From Octopus sinensis (taxonomy: Eukaryota): 22,206 bases of DNA. The position numbers and the translations under genes were made by a program. The stretch is taken from the NCBI RefSeq assembly GCF_006345805.1, contig NW_021836965.1:1-22206 (forward strand), given 5' to 3'. Below, in pieces: positions 1 through 10,552 of this stretch (positions are counted from its first letter, which is position 1; every line of letters begins with the position of its first letter). Under the pieces are notes generated by a model, which was not told the DNA's origin, did not search any database, and was given only the letters and a program-made list of their open reading frames with translations.

Positions 1-25
1 TACCCACACAGCCATCTTGCACCTA
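1..25 (-). mobile_element. 5' head of a family-A tRNA-derived SINE, cut by the window edge
   Basis: ACCCACACAGCCATCTTGCACCT resembles the minus-strand head at 12601-12625 (TTACCACACAACCGCGCCTGTACCT) and the reverse complement of the head at 2089-2110. Confidence 0.5.
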
Positions 26-189
26 CACACATACTCACACATATGGTTATATACACAAGCTATACCTATATGTATCTACACACACACACACACACAAAAA
101 AAAACTACTATGCATATATGTATATACGTTGAAGGGAAGTCAAGCACGGATTAAGATCTTCATCCGGATCGGCTACTGCCTGTTGTTGT

Positions 190-324
190 CTGTATATTAT
201 ATTATTATATTATTATTATTATTATTATTATTATTGTTGTTATTAGATTATTTATTAATTATTATTATTATTATTGTTATTGTTGTATATTATTATTATA
301 TTATTATTATTATTATTATTGGTT

Positions 325-356
<32 letters not shown>

Positions 357-501
357 GTTGTTGTTGTTGTTGTTGTTATATTTTAGATTATTATTAGTAT
401 TATTATTATTATTGTTGTTGTTATTATTATTTATTATTATTAATTGTTGTTGTTGTTATTATTATTATTATATTATTATATATTATTATTGTTGTGTTAT
501 A

Positions 502-532
<31 letters not shown>

Positions 533-762
533 TTATTGTTGTTGTTGTTGTTGTTGTTGTTATTATTATTATTTATTATTATTGTTGTTGTATAATTATA
601 TCTTATTGTTATTATTATTATTGTTGTGTTATAATTATTATTATTTCTTATTATTATTATTATTATTGTTGTGTTGTGTTGTTGTTGTTATTATTATTTA
701 TTATTATTGTTGTTGTTATAATTATTATTATTATTATTATTATTATTATTGTTGTTGTTATA

Positions 763-795
<33 letters not shown>

Positions 796-896
796 GTTAT
801 TGTTGTTGTTGTTTTTATTATTATTATTTTTTTATTGTATTATTGTTGTTGTTATTATTATTATTTTATTTTTATTATTATTATTATTATTATTTT

Positions 897-927
<31 letters not shown>

Positions 928-1015
928 TTATTATCAGCAGTAGTAGTTGTGGCAGCAGTAGCAGCTGCAGCAGCAGTAGTTATAGTATTAGTATTAGTAT
1001 TAGTAGTAGTAGCAG
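190..1015. repeat. Compound trinucleotide microsatellite, (TTA)n/(TTG)n then (CAG/TAG)n
   Basis: Directly visible; explains the poly-L/I/Y/V ORFs at 129-1074. Confidence 0.97.
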
Positions 1016-1105
1016 TAGAAGATCTTTTTGTTGTTGTTTCCCAAGACTGTAATGAGCCAGCGATATCAGGGTAACGTGCCCCTTGCTAGGGATTTCAGGC
1101 ATTCC

Positions 1106-1155
1106 ACCTGTATAAACGCGAGATTAACAAACCTGTATGAACAGGAGATTAACAA
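1106..1155. repeat. 25-bp tandem duplication, 2 copies
   Basis: ACCTGTATAAACGCGAGATTAACAA (1106-1130) and ACCTGTATGAACAGGAGATTAACAA (1131-1155), 3 mismatches. Confidence 0.9.
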
Positions 1156-1220
1156 AGCTGCTGGAATAGCAGATTAATTGAAAATTTTTGCGGATTTTTA
1201 GAATTAATGATTCGGCATCT

Positions 1221-1538
1221 CTTGTGTGTGTGTGTGTGTGTGTGTGTTTGTGTGTTTGAGTGTGTTTGAGTGTGTGTGTGCGCGCACGTTTAGCGATTAT
1301 TTCACAACTGTATTTGTGAATGAAATACACCGTAGGATGCCCGTTTTGAACGTTTCTATCTATCTTTCTATCAATCTCTCTATCTGTCTGTCTGTCTGTC
1401 TATCTATCTCTTTATCTCTCTCCTTAAACATACACACATGCAAAGGCACATACGCACAAATATATATATGTATGTATATTTAAAGTTATATACATACTCA
1501 TACGCGCACGCACCTATACAAATACACGCACAACGCAC

Positions 1539-1601
<63 letters not shown>

Positions 1602-1602
1602 T
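1221..1602. repeat. Microsatellite cluster: (TG)n, (TATC/TGTC)n, (CA)n, (TA)n
   Basis: Directly visible. Confidence 0.93.
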
Positions 1603-1627
1603 GAAATAGTAAAGTACAGAGACACTG

Positions 1628-1705
1628 GCGCATACTCACAGGCACCCACGGACGCGCATACTCACACGCACCCACGGACGCGCATACTCACACACACCCA
1701 CGGAC
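1628..1705. repeat. 26-bp minisatellite, 3 copies
   Basis: GCGCATACTCACA(GG/CG/CA)CACCCACGGAC at 1628, 1654 and 1680. Confidence 0.92.
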
Positions 1706-1993
1706 ACACATACCACTCACACACCTGTAGCCTCTCATACACACACCTCCGTATCCGGACTATTCCTACAGTAATTGTGGTCTTCCAAACAGTAATTGCA
1801 CAGCTCTCCGCACATGTTCAGCGTTGTCTTCGCACCTCCCCATAAATGATGGCTACCTACAATACAGTGTCACGAAATTATTGGCTAAATTTGTACAAAA
1901 CACATGCTACTAATACCTATTACATAAAATATAGAATTCTCTCAAAACCTATACACACACACACACATGTATACATACATATATAAATAAATA

Positions 1994-2043
<50 letters not shown>

Positions 2044-2088
2044 TTATATACTTACATAAATATATATATGTGTATATTTAATATATAT

Positions 2089-2245
2089 AGGCGCATAAGT
2101 GGCTGTGCGGTACGAAGCTGCTTCCCAACCACAAGGTTCCAGGTTCGGTCCCACTGCGTGGCACCTTGGGTAAGTGTTTTATGCTATATATTTGGGCCGA
2201 CCAAAGCCCTGTGAGTGGATTTGCTAGACGGAAACTGAAAGAAGC
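2089..2245 (+). mobile_element. Family-A tRNA-derived SINE (octopus OR-type/CORE-like), 3' truncated
   Basis: A-box-like TGGCTGTGCGG, B-box-like GGTTCGGTCCC, central CCTTGGGTAAGTG and GTGAGTGGATTTGCTAGACGGAAACTGAAAGAAGC. Homologous to 12403-12625 (-) and 22066-22206. Family name is from memory. Confidence 0.88.
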
Positions 2246-2784
2246 TTACCAGTGGTTTCAACGCTTTAGGAATGGTCACTTGTCGCTTGAAGACCAATCT
2301 CGTTGAGAAACACCGTCGACCTTCCGGTCGAATGAAAACATGAAAGTTCATAAACTGATCTTCGAGAACCGCCAGAGAACAATTGACGAAAATGTTGATA
2401 TGAGTGGTGGGTCCTGAATTTTGAGCGACGAATTGCGAATGAAAAGAGTTGGAGCAAACTTTGTGCCCCGCTTGCTCACGGAAGATCAAAAGCAGTCACG
2501 GCTGAATGCATGTCATGAACTGAAAGAACAGCTAGAAGCTGATCTGCACCTTTTTTCGAAGGTCATCTCTGGTGATGAAAGCTAGTGCTACGGAATTTGT
2601 CGACGTGGGAGAGCTGAAGAAAAACAAAAAAAAAACGACGGAGGCGTTAAAAGGCATCGCTTTGCAAGAGTTCTAGGACTGCTTCGAACAGTGGAAAACG
2701 CGCCTGGACCGATGTGTTGCTTCAACTGGAGAATACTTTAAAGGCGGTAAAAGTGTAAACATGTAAAACTACGAAATTAAAATT

Positions 2785-3351
2785 TTGGGTTGTCCGGAAA
2801 GTTCGTGCCGATTTATAGTAGCTTACGTTTCGACTTATTCTAGAACATGGTTGAGTCCATAAAATAGGATTTCACTACACCTCCATTTAGAGCACAGTTT
2901 AAGCTATCTTTTCGTGGAAGAAGGTTTATGTTCCTATGACCTGTGTTAATTCTGTAACCCTTTAAAATGGAAGATAAGAAAGTTCATTTTAGGCTCTTGA
3001 TGCTTTGGTAACCAGACAAAAATTGCTGCAGCTCGGCTGGGATGTGTTACCCCACCCTCCATATTTACCAGATATTGTTTCTTCGTATTTCCACTTATTG
3101 AGGTCTCTGCAGAATAGTCTTAATGGTAAAAATTTCAATTCCTTAGATGACATAAAAAGATACCTTGATGAATTCTTTGCCATGACACCACCTCAATTCT
3201 GGGAAGAGGGTATTTTCAAGTTAAAGGAAAGATGGAGACGCATTATGCAACAAAATGGTTCATATTTGGTTGATTAAAAATGTAATGGCAAGTATTTAAT
3301 GACCTTTTTTCTTTCCTTTAAAAATCTGCACGATCTTTCCGGACATCCCAA
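2785..3351 (+). mobile_element. Inner non-autonomous mariner (567 bp) with both 30-bp TIRs
   Basis: Left TIR TTGGGTTGTCCGGAAAGTTCGTGCCGATTT (2785-2814) matches the reverse complement of 3322-3351 with 3 mismatches. TA follows on the right; the left flank is TT. Contains the transposase start MEDKKVHFRLLMLW (2967-3008) fused to the C-terminal part. Confidence 0.93.
3005..3277 (+). pseudogene. C-terminal mariner transposase fragment
   Basis: VTRQKLLQLGWDVLPHPPYLPDIVSSYFHLLRSLQN...ERWRRIMQQNGSY is the HPPYSPDLAPSD region, with the third catalytic D position replaced by Y. Confidence 0.93.
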
Positions 3352-3619
3352 TAATATTGCAAGATTCTGGTTTCTTTGGGATACAACCTCGTATATATTT
3401 ATGTATGCGTGTGTATACTAACAAATATAAATGTATTCACTTGAAAGTATATTTTAGTACTTTGGAAACTGGTAAGTCTCTGGTATCATAAGATTCGTCA
3501 AAGAAGTTCCTTGTGAAAAATCGTCAGACGGCTTGGAAATTGGATAGATTCAAATTGCGTATAAATTAAAACGTGACTCGAAGACAGACGTACACATACT
3601 AACACGTCCACAGACATAT

Positions 3620-3956
3620 ATATGGAAATGTCTATGTAAAAGTACACAGTTGTACAAGTATCTGGATATACATGTGTGTGTATATATGTGTACATATTAG
3701 TATGTATATATATATATATTCATGTATGAATGTATACATGTGTGTGTCTGTGTATTTGTGTATGTATATGTCGCCTTAATATGACAAAGCATTAGGTCTG
3801 TGACGAAGTCTAATGGAATGATTTCTGGAATTCGAAATGGAGATTATCTTCACCTGACAGAAGACAATGAAAGCTTTTAAATGACGCTTAAATGAAGACT
3901 AGAAACCAGCGGCATGGTCCGGCACTTGGTGTGTGTGTGTGTGTACTCGCCTGAGC

Positions 3957-3995
<39 letters not shown>

Positions 3996-4708
3996 AGCGT
4001 GAGCGTGTGTACGCGTGTGGTTATATATACAATTAGTTGTGTACGTATAGGAGCTGTATTGGGGAATGCATGTACATGTATGCATGTATGTGCATATGTA
4101 TGTATGTATATATGTATGTATTAATGCATGTATGTATATATATGAAGCCTTCAAAAATTTATGCATACAAATTTATACATACAAATATATATATATATGT
4201 ATATATATATACGTATACACACATATATAATCATATGTACATAGTTATTTATATATGTGTGAATGTGTGTGCATACTCGTTCGCGAATGTATATGCACAC
4301 GTACGGTCACAGATATATATAAATATATGCGTGTATGTGTGTTAATGTTTGTGTGTAAGTATACATAAGCATGCTTGTATGTATATATATTGGTATGTAT
4401 GTATGTATGTATGTATGTATGTATTATGTATGTATGTATGTATGTATGTATGTATGTATGTATGTATGTCTGTATGTAAGATATGAAGTCGTACTTTTAC
4501 TTCAGCGTTTCAGGATCTTCCTTTAAACGTTTGTGCTTTAAGAGTGACATGTACTTTACATCTATATGAATATTCCATTGTGAGTATATAAGTATGTATC
4601 TATATCTATCTATCTATCTATATATATATATATATATATATATACAGCACAGATAATATATACTTGTGTATGAGTGTACATATATACATATATATGTATA
4701 TATATATA

Positions 4709-4800
<92 letters not shown>

Positions 4801-5079
4801 TATATATATATATGCGTATATACACACAAGAAGGAAGTTTCTTCTTGCGTCGTTAATGCACAAGACTCGTAATGTTCGATGACTGGCGGGAAGAAGCGAC
4901 AACAGCAACAGCAAGAAGAAGGAAAACGAATCATGACAATCACAACTTTATTAAGAGAAGATTTAGAAGGAAACTAAATCATTTCTCGCCTCCTCCCGAC
5001 AAAATAGATCAGTTTTCGCTTTCGAAGAGAGCTTTAGAAACGCAGCAATTAACACACTCCCACATATACACACAGACGC

Positions 5080-5114
<35 letters not shown>

Positions 5115-5249
5115 TGTATGTATGTATGTATGTATGTATGTATGTATGTATGTATGTATGTATGTATGTGTGTATGTATTTATATATATATATATACACA
5201 TATACATATGTATACATACATACACATATATCTGTATACATACATACAT

Positions 5250-5284
<35 letters not shown>

Positions 5285-5480
5285 AAAGCACACATGCACA
5301 CACATAGACGGACATATATACATATGTACGTATATATATATGTATATATATAAAATATATATATATATACACTTATTCTATATATATATATATATATATA
5401 TACATATGCATATACATATACATATACACATATATATATATATATATACATATGTGTGTATACCAAGGTGCGCGCGCACA
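3620..5480. repeat. Microsatellite-rich tract: (TA)n, (TG)n, (TATG)n, with short unique islands at ~3770-3930, 4480-4600 and 4830-5050
   Basis: Directly visible; explains the [12 protein letters not shown] ORFs. Confidence 0.93.
4514..4579 (+). other. Candidate small exon (66 nt)
   Basis: Acceptor CTTTTACTTCAGCGTTTCAG| and donor ATT|GTGAGT; one open frame, DLPLNVCALRVTCTLHLYEYSI. No homology recognised. Confidence 0.25.
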
Positions 5481-5633
5481 CGCCCCCATATGCTCCTATG
5501 TGGATGTATAATGCGTATATATTGTTGGTGTATATTGCTGCAGAGAAGACGTTTGAAACCGTTTTAAGTTGAAGTGGTTGCAAATGTAATGGACGCAAAT
5601 AGAACATCGAACACATCAAACCATTACAGTTCC

Positions 5634-5934
5634 ATCATCATCATCATCGTCATCATCATCATCGTTATCGTCGCCATCTTCTTCGGCGTCTTCATCACCC
5701 TCGTCGTTTTCGTCGTCGTCGTCGTCGTCATCCTCATTTCCTCCACCCCCTCCCCTTCTCTTTCCCGTTGCCATCTTTCTCCTCTCTCGACCTCCTCCTT
5801 ATCTTAGTCGTCGTCGCCATGGTTTTTGTCACCATCATCGTCGTCGTAGTCGTCATAATCTTCCTCATTATTACCATCACCATTCACTTCGTTATCCTCC
5901 TCCTCCTCCTCCTCCTCATCATCATCATCATCAT

Positions 5935-5966
<32 letters not shown>

Positions 5967-6069
5967 TCATTGTCATCATCACCACCACCACCACCACCAC
6001 CACCACCACCATCATCATCATCACCATCACCACCATCATCATCATCATCATCATCATCACCACCATCAC

Positions 6070-6149
<80 letters not shown>

Positions 6150-6170
6150 CAGCATCATCAACATGACTAT
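5634..6170. repeat. (CAT)n/(CAC)n/(CGT)n/(CCT)n compound trinucleotide repeat
   Basis: Directly visible; explains the poly-I/M/S ORFs. Confidence 0.96.
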
Positions 6171-6304
6171 TATCGTTATCGTCGTCCTCTCCCTGTTCCC
6201 TTCCTCCTCATTATCCCCGTTCATAATTACCATGGTGTCCATCAACCTAAGACTCACCCAGCATCCAAGTTCTTCATTTTTCTCTTCTTCCTTTCTTCTA
6301 ACTC

Positions 6305-6457
6305 TACGACTCAGTGGTCAGGGCATCGAGTTCACAATCATGAAGTAGTGAGGGGTGGGGCAGCTGGTCTTCCACAAATAACCTTGCCCGGACTTGTGCC
6401 TTGGAGGGGAACTTTCTAGGTCCAATCTCATGTCCCTTCATCACCGAAGGTGGGTTT
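6305..6457 (+). mobile_element. Internally deleted tRNA-derived SINE (family C)
   Basis: A-box-like ACTCAGTGG head (GGGCATCGAGTTCACAATCATGAAGTAGTGAG) joined directly to the tail CTGGTCTTCC...ACCTTGCCCGGACTTGTGCCTTGGAGGGGAACTTTCTAGGT...ACCGAAGG, which I recognise as an octopus SINE end. Recalled, not searched. Confidence 0.6.
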
Positions 6458-6685
6458 TATATAACATTAAATCTTTCCCGCTTTTCCTTTTGAACTTCGT
6501 CGCATTGGCAAACTTTCCCATGCCCTGAGTAGGTATGAGGATATCGATTAAGTAGTATATGAGTGATTTTATGATAATTTCGGTATTTGAATGACCGACA
6601 TAGTTTGACGAAATCGTTGAAGCATGTCCCAGATACTTGGGTACGGAATGAACATATTTTAATACTCAGCGATTTATAGGAGTTC

Positions 6686-6689
<4 letters not shown>

Positions 6690-6730
<41 letters not shown>

Positions 6731-6748
6731 GAGAGAGAGAGAGAAGAG
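6690..6748. repeat. (GA)n microsatellite
   Basis: Directly visible. Confidence 0.97.
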
Positions 6749-7104
6749 CGAATCAAGTGGATCTTGTGGTGAAATGAAAAAGCTCCAAGTTATTTTGCAG
6801 CGTTCAAATACTTCCCAAATTTAATTATTAGGAGAGCGAAAGTATTATGAAGTGGAATTTGGGAAGAAGAGGTGACTCAGGTATTGTTATAGTGGTGCTG
6901 GGAGTTGTGGAATATGGTAAAGAGAAAGAAATAGACGAATTGTTTTTTTCATAAAGGAAATGGTGTTTCTAGGAAGTCTTCCCAAACACATTAGTAAAGA
7001 GATAACAAAAGAGATAATACAAGAGATAACAATAAACAGCAATAAACATGAAAAAAGAAAAGAAGAAACAATAATCGTTAAAGTGATGGACGGTAAACGG
7101 ATCT

Positions 7105-7340
7105 CTGAAATGGTGGAAGGCAAAATGATTCCTCATTTCAGGGAGAACAAAAAATATTCCTCAAAGTGATATTGGAGAAATAGAACTCTGAAATGCTTGA
7201 GGAAAAATAATCCTTCAAATGTTCAAAGTGAAAAAGGCTCCTGAAATGATGAAGGACAAAAGGTTTCTTCATTTGAGGCAGGACAAGTTCTTGAAATGAA
7301 GAAGGAAAAGAAAGTATCCTTCAAGCGACGAAGGACAACC
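7105..7340. repeat. Highly degenerate ~25-28-bp purine-rich minisatellite
   Basis: (C/T)TGAAATG recurs at 7105, 7188, 7241 and 7291 (spacings 83, 53, 50), with intervening CTCA/TTCA...GGA(C/A)AAAA variants. Confidence 0.5.
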
Positions 7341-7579
7341 AGATAACATGGTGCTAGCAACCTCATTATTTTCTTAGAGAAAAGTGTCTTCCGCTAGTTC
7401 TTGCCACCAGTTTACACCTGCCTCACCCACGTCTCATAAAATTTACTGATGAGTCAGACTTTCCTCTCTATTTGCGTCGTTTCCTTCTCTTGCTGCACCC
7501 GATAAAGTTAATGACTATTCAGTATAATGAAAGACGCGCTATCTTAAATATTTCCACCACACTCACATTACAATTTCAG

Positions 7580-7630
7580 TTACCATGAAAACCAGATGTA
7601 AGAGGAATTCCTGTTCTTTACTTGGCAAAG
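7580..7630 (+). other. Candidate small exon (51 nt)
   Basis: Acceptor CAATTTCAG| and donor AAG|GTAGGT. Contains ACCATGA with open frame MKTRCKRNSCSLLGK. Confidence 0.28.
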
Positions 7631-8049
7631 GTAGGTGGTCGTTCGAAATTCATGAGAGACTCGATTTCCGGATTAGTCCCGCACCTGGTACCACCTGTTA
7701 GACATAGACCCTCAAATCAGCGATAGACATGCATTGATCGAGTATGTGCCGGGTGGTTTCCTTACCCTCAGCACGTCGCCGACAAGTTTGGATGCTGACA
7801 GCTTTTGAAGGGCCCTAACTTTTGAGTTGCTCCAGAACAGGCAAAGTCCCACTTTAACAATTTCAAGAGGAGAACTTTCGAAAATTGTCCACAACATGTG
7901 AACTGAAAGATGAGGCCCTTACGCTGTCCCTGTCGACACCTATAGATCATCGTCACTCATTCTGCACCATTTCCTCTATAGAAGGATAAACCTGGCTTTC
8001 TCATGTTTACATCGTCTAACAAACAAAACTCACAGAAAGCACCTGGCAG

Positions 8050-10390
8050 TATTATGATGCCATAAAATCTCACAAATAAGAGACGCGAAAGAATACGTTT
8101 CTCTACTTGATATGTATATTAGCGCCACTCGGCTCCAGTCTCCCCAAAATGAAATTTTATCAATGTTCTGGTATAAAATTTGGGCAGGAACAACTTTGTG
8201 CTACATGTAACATTGGATCCTCACAGACTAGCTTAAGAAGTTACAGTCTAAAAGTCAATAAGTTACCAGAAATTGAATTAGAATTCTAAAACCAAACAAT
8301 GGAAGAAAACGCGCTGGGAATAAAATAAGAAGGAGAACAAACAACAACTACAAAGAAAAAACCATTGAAAAGGTAAACCACGAAGATAAAATTAGATCAT
8401 GCAACATGGGCAAAGAAGAAAGTAACAAGTTATAAGAAGAATAAAGTTTAGAACCTGTACAGAATACCGACCAAGCACAACAGAATCAGAGCAACACAAA
8501 CAAACCATACGAGAAAAGAATACGATATTCTAAAGATGGAAGCCATGAATATGACAATAATCTAAGCGGGAAAACAATTAAAGAAATTGAATGGTAGGCC
8601 TTGCTACGGACAAGCAAAAGTAGGTCGCAAGGATAAGAACTTGACGTTAAAATAGTAACAACAATAAGAATACGCAACAGAAAAAGCGTACGTACACAAA
8701 AGCAGATACGTCCGTCAGTATCGCCAGGGAAACGAAATGATACATGCAACAGCCATCGTTGTTGGAAAGGAAAGTTGCAACAGTGTTAGATCTACACACA
8801 TAGGGATATTAAAACAAAATCGATCTCTCAATCCTTATTGAAATCCACGATGAAAAGAGCCAATTGGAAAAGTTAAGAATAGACAAAATACAACAAAAGT
8901 ATAAAAATACAAGAATATAAATAAGTATCCGAAATCAAAGAACGTCAAAAGCGAAAGATCCTCGCAAGATTGCAAACACCAGTTTGCATGAAAAGCGACA
9001 AAGATTCTTTGAATAAAATAAAACTTTAGACTCCCCCCCTCTCTCTCTATCTCTCACTCTCTCTATCTCTCTCGCTCTCTGAAACGATCTTATCAAGAAC
9101 TGGGTAAAAATAAAATACAAATCAATGCAACACCAACAGCCAAAGAACTGGAATTGTAGGGAGAAGTATGGCTGATGAAGGAATCGCAGCACGTAAGAGA
9201 TTGTTTAAATCAACAAACACAGTCATTTGAACAATCGCATGAGGCTATATCAACACAAGAAGAATCTAGTCTTGGCACTACTCAAAAGAAACCACTGGCA
9301 GGCACAAAGATAAATGATAAAAACCGAAATGTTTAGTTGAAATATTTAAGAAGCACACAAAGAATTTGAAAATGTATTTATTTTCATAGAAAAAGAAAGG
9401 AAAAAAACTACCCGAAACTGGAAACAACACCTGACTGGTTCACTAACTCGAGAACCATTTTAATTATCAGTAAAATCTAAATAGGCGATAAACGCTAAAT
9501 CTGAAAGCCCATAAAGTGCCATCCTACATGGCAGCGGTTTTATAACACAAAAGAAATATGAAGAAAATGTTTCGCGAAGAACGAAGGTGTGTTGCAAACA
9601 ATCATATGAGTGTAAAGATTAGTTGCTGATCAACAAAGCCATAAAATGAAAAGTGTTGAGGGAGGAAGAACAGTTTGAAAATAGCATGGTTCAGATTAGC
9701 AGATTAGTTTCCACAGAGTTCCATACCCGTGAATCCAAGAGACATTAGCCCTAAGGAAAAGTGTATCTTTCTTGAGTATGGACAGTTTTTGTTTATGAGA
9801 TTTGTTTTGAGTAGAGAACTAATTCTGAGAGGAAGATCTTTAATAGTTTCATAAGGGTTAAGAAGACTTTTGGTGGATAGGTCATTGCGAATTTTGCTAA
9901 TTTTGTTTTTTCTGTGGTGCAAGTTATCCTCAGTATTAGCCTAAAACACAGTTATCCTCGAATCACTAAAAATGCTATGGGAAAAAAAGAAAAACCTTTC
10001 TGCAAATTCCAAGAATGGAGTTAATTATATAATCTAAATCCACCCCATCATTTTTAGAAGTTGAATAAGACAAGGGGACACCGTCTCCCTCTAGTGTGAC
10101 TTTTGTTTCACGCTAACCGTGTCCGCACCGCTTTATGCTTCTGTTTGACAGTAAAAGCTTAAGACGTACAAGTGGAGACACAAATGTTATCTTTTGTATT
10201 TGGACAACTTCGTGTTGGCCAATGAAAGTGATCAGCAACTAGAAACACTGCTACGTAAAGTGCTTTGGCTGGAGAAACCTCAGGGAGAGAAGTATAGCAA
10301 CGCACTAAGTCGAATGACCAGACAATTGTGACCAATTTCCTCACTATCTGGACAGCCGAGTGATTCAGACCCCAACAGGGCAAAAAAGGC
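8050..10390 (+). mobile_element. Decayed R4/Dong-like non-LTR retrotransposon: N-terminal region plus RT core, 3' part lost or deleted
   Basis: Motifs in correct order despite stops and frameshifts: KRSYQELGK...PTAKELEL*GEVW (9082-9171), TPDWFTNSRTILI (9427-9465), KPIKCHPT (9505-9528), KQSYECKD*LLINKAI (9596-9643), IAWF..D*FPQSSI (9681-9725), ILESLKM (9954-9974), IRQGDTVS (10065-10088), LLYLDN (10191-10208, YMDD equivalent), DQQLETLLRKV (10230-10262). The sense strand is A-rich. Boundaries are approximate. Confidence 0.82.
9726..9945 (-). other. ~220-bp foreign insertion inside the RT region
   Basis: Interrupts the PHSWI-LESLKM motif, has opposite strand composition (T-rich on +), and carries a stop-free minus frame (ORF 9704-9922). 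Confidence 0.55.
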
Positions 10391-10444
10391 GCACACACAC
10401 GCACCAACATATTTTTTCAGGATTAAATAACAGACAACAAACGA

Positions 10445-10455
10445 CAAACGTGTAT

Positions 10456-10552
<97 letters not shown>

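Larger units (their letters stand above)
2247..3391 (+). mobile_element. Outer mariner (DD34D) remnant: 5' truncated, internally deleted, host to a nested mariner
   Basis: 2247-2594 reads YQWFQRFRNG...MKRVGANFVPRLLTEDQKQSR...KVISGDES*CYG (WVPHEL-equivalent motif and first catalytic D). 2596-2766 reads FVDVGELKK...FEQWKTRLDRCVASTGEYFKG. A probable right TIR ends ...GATACAACCTCG|TA at 3391-3393. Confidence 0.88.

Noticed and set aside
129-1074. Long hydrophobic ORFs (85-266 aa) resembling membrane proteins
   Set aside because: Translation of (TTA)n/(TTG)n microsatellite.
1046-1177. 43-codon + frame after CCAAG| (TVMSQRYQG...KAAGIAD*) as a terminal exon
   Set aside because: It contains a 25-bp tandem duplication, which is not frame-preserving. 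The acceptor is modest and no homology was recognised.
4872-5567. 231-aa ORF with a non-repetitive first ~60 codons
   Set aside because: Runs into TATG/TA repeats; no splice donor or recognisable domain.
5574-5807. [15 protein letters not shown] followed by a hydrophobic run, resembling a GPCR N-terminus and TM1
   Set aside because: The hydrophobic part is the (CAT)/(CGT) repeat.
7446-7465. CTGATGAGTCAGAC resembling a hammerhead ribozyme core
   Set aside because: Stem II would have a 1-nt loop and the required GAAA is absent (TTTCC follows). It also contains an AP-1-like TGAGTCA, which is uninformative alone.
7677-7808. Frame ...DIDPQISDRHALIEYVPGG... resembling an FHA or kinase motif
   Set aside because: The downstream FHA motif (S.NGT) and kinase motifs are missing, and splice signals are poor; likely coincidence.
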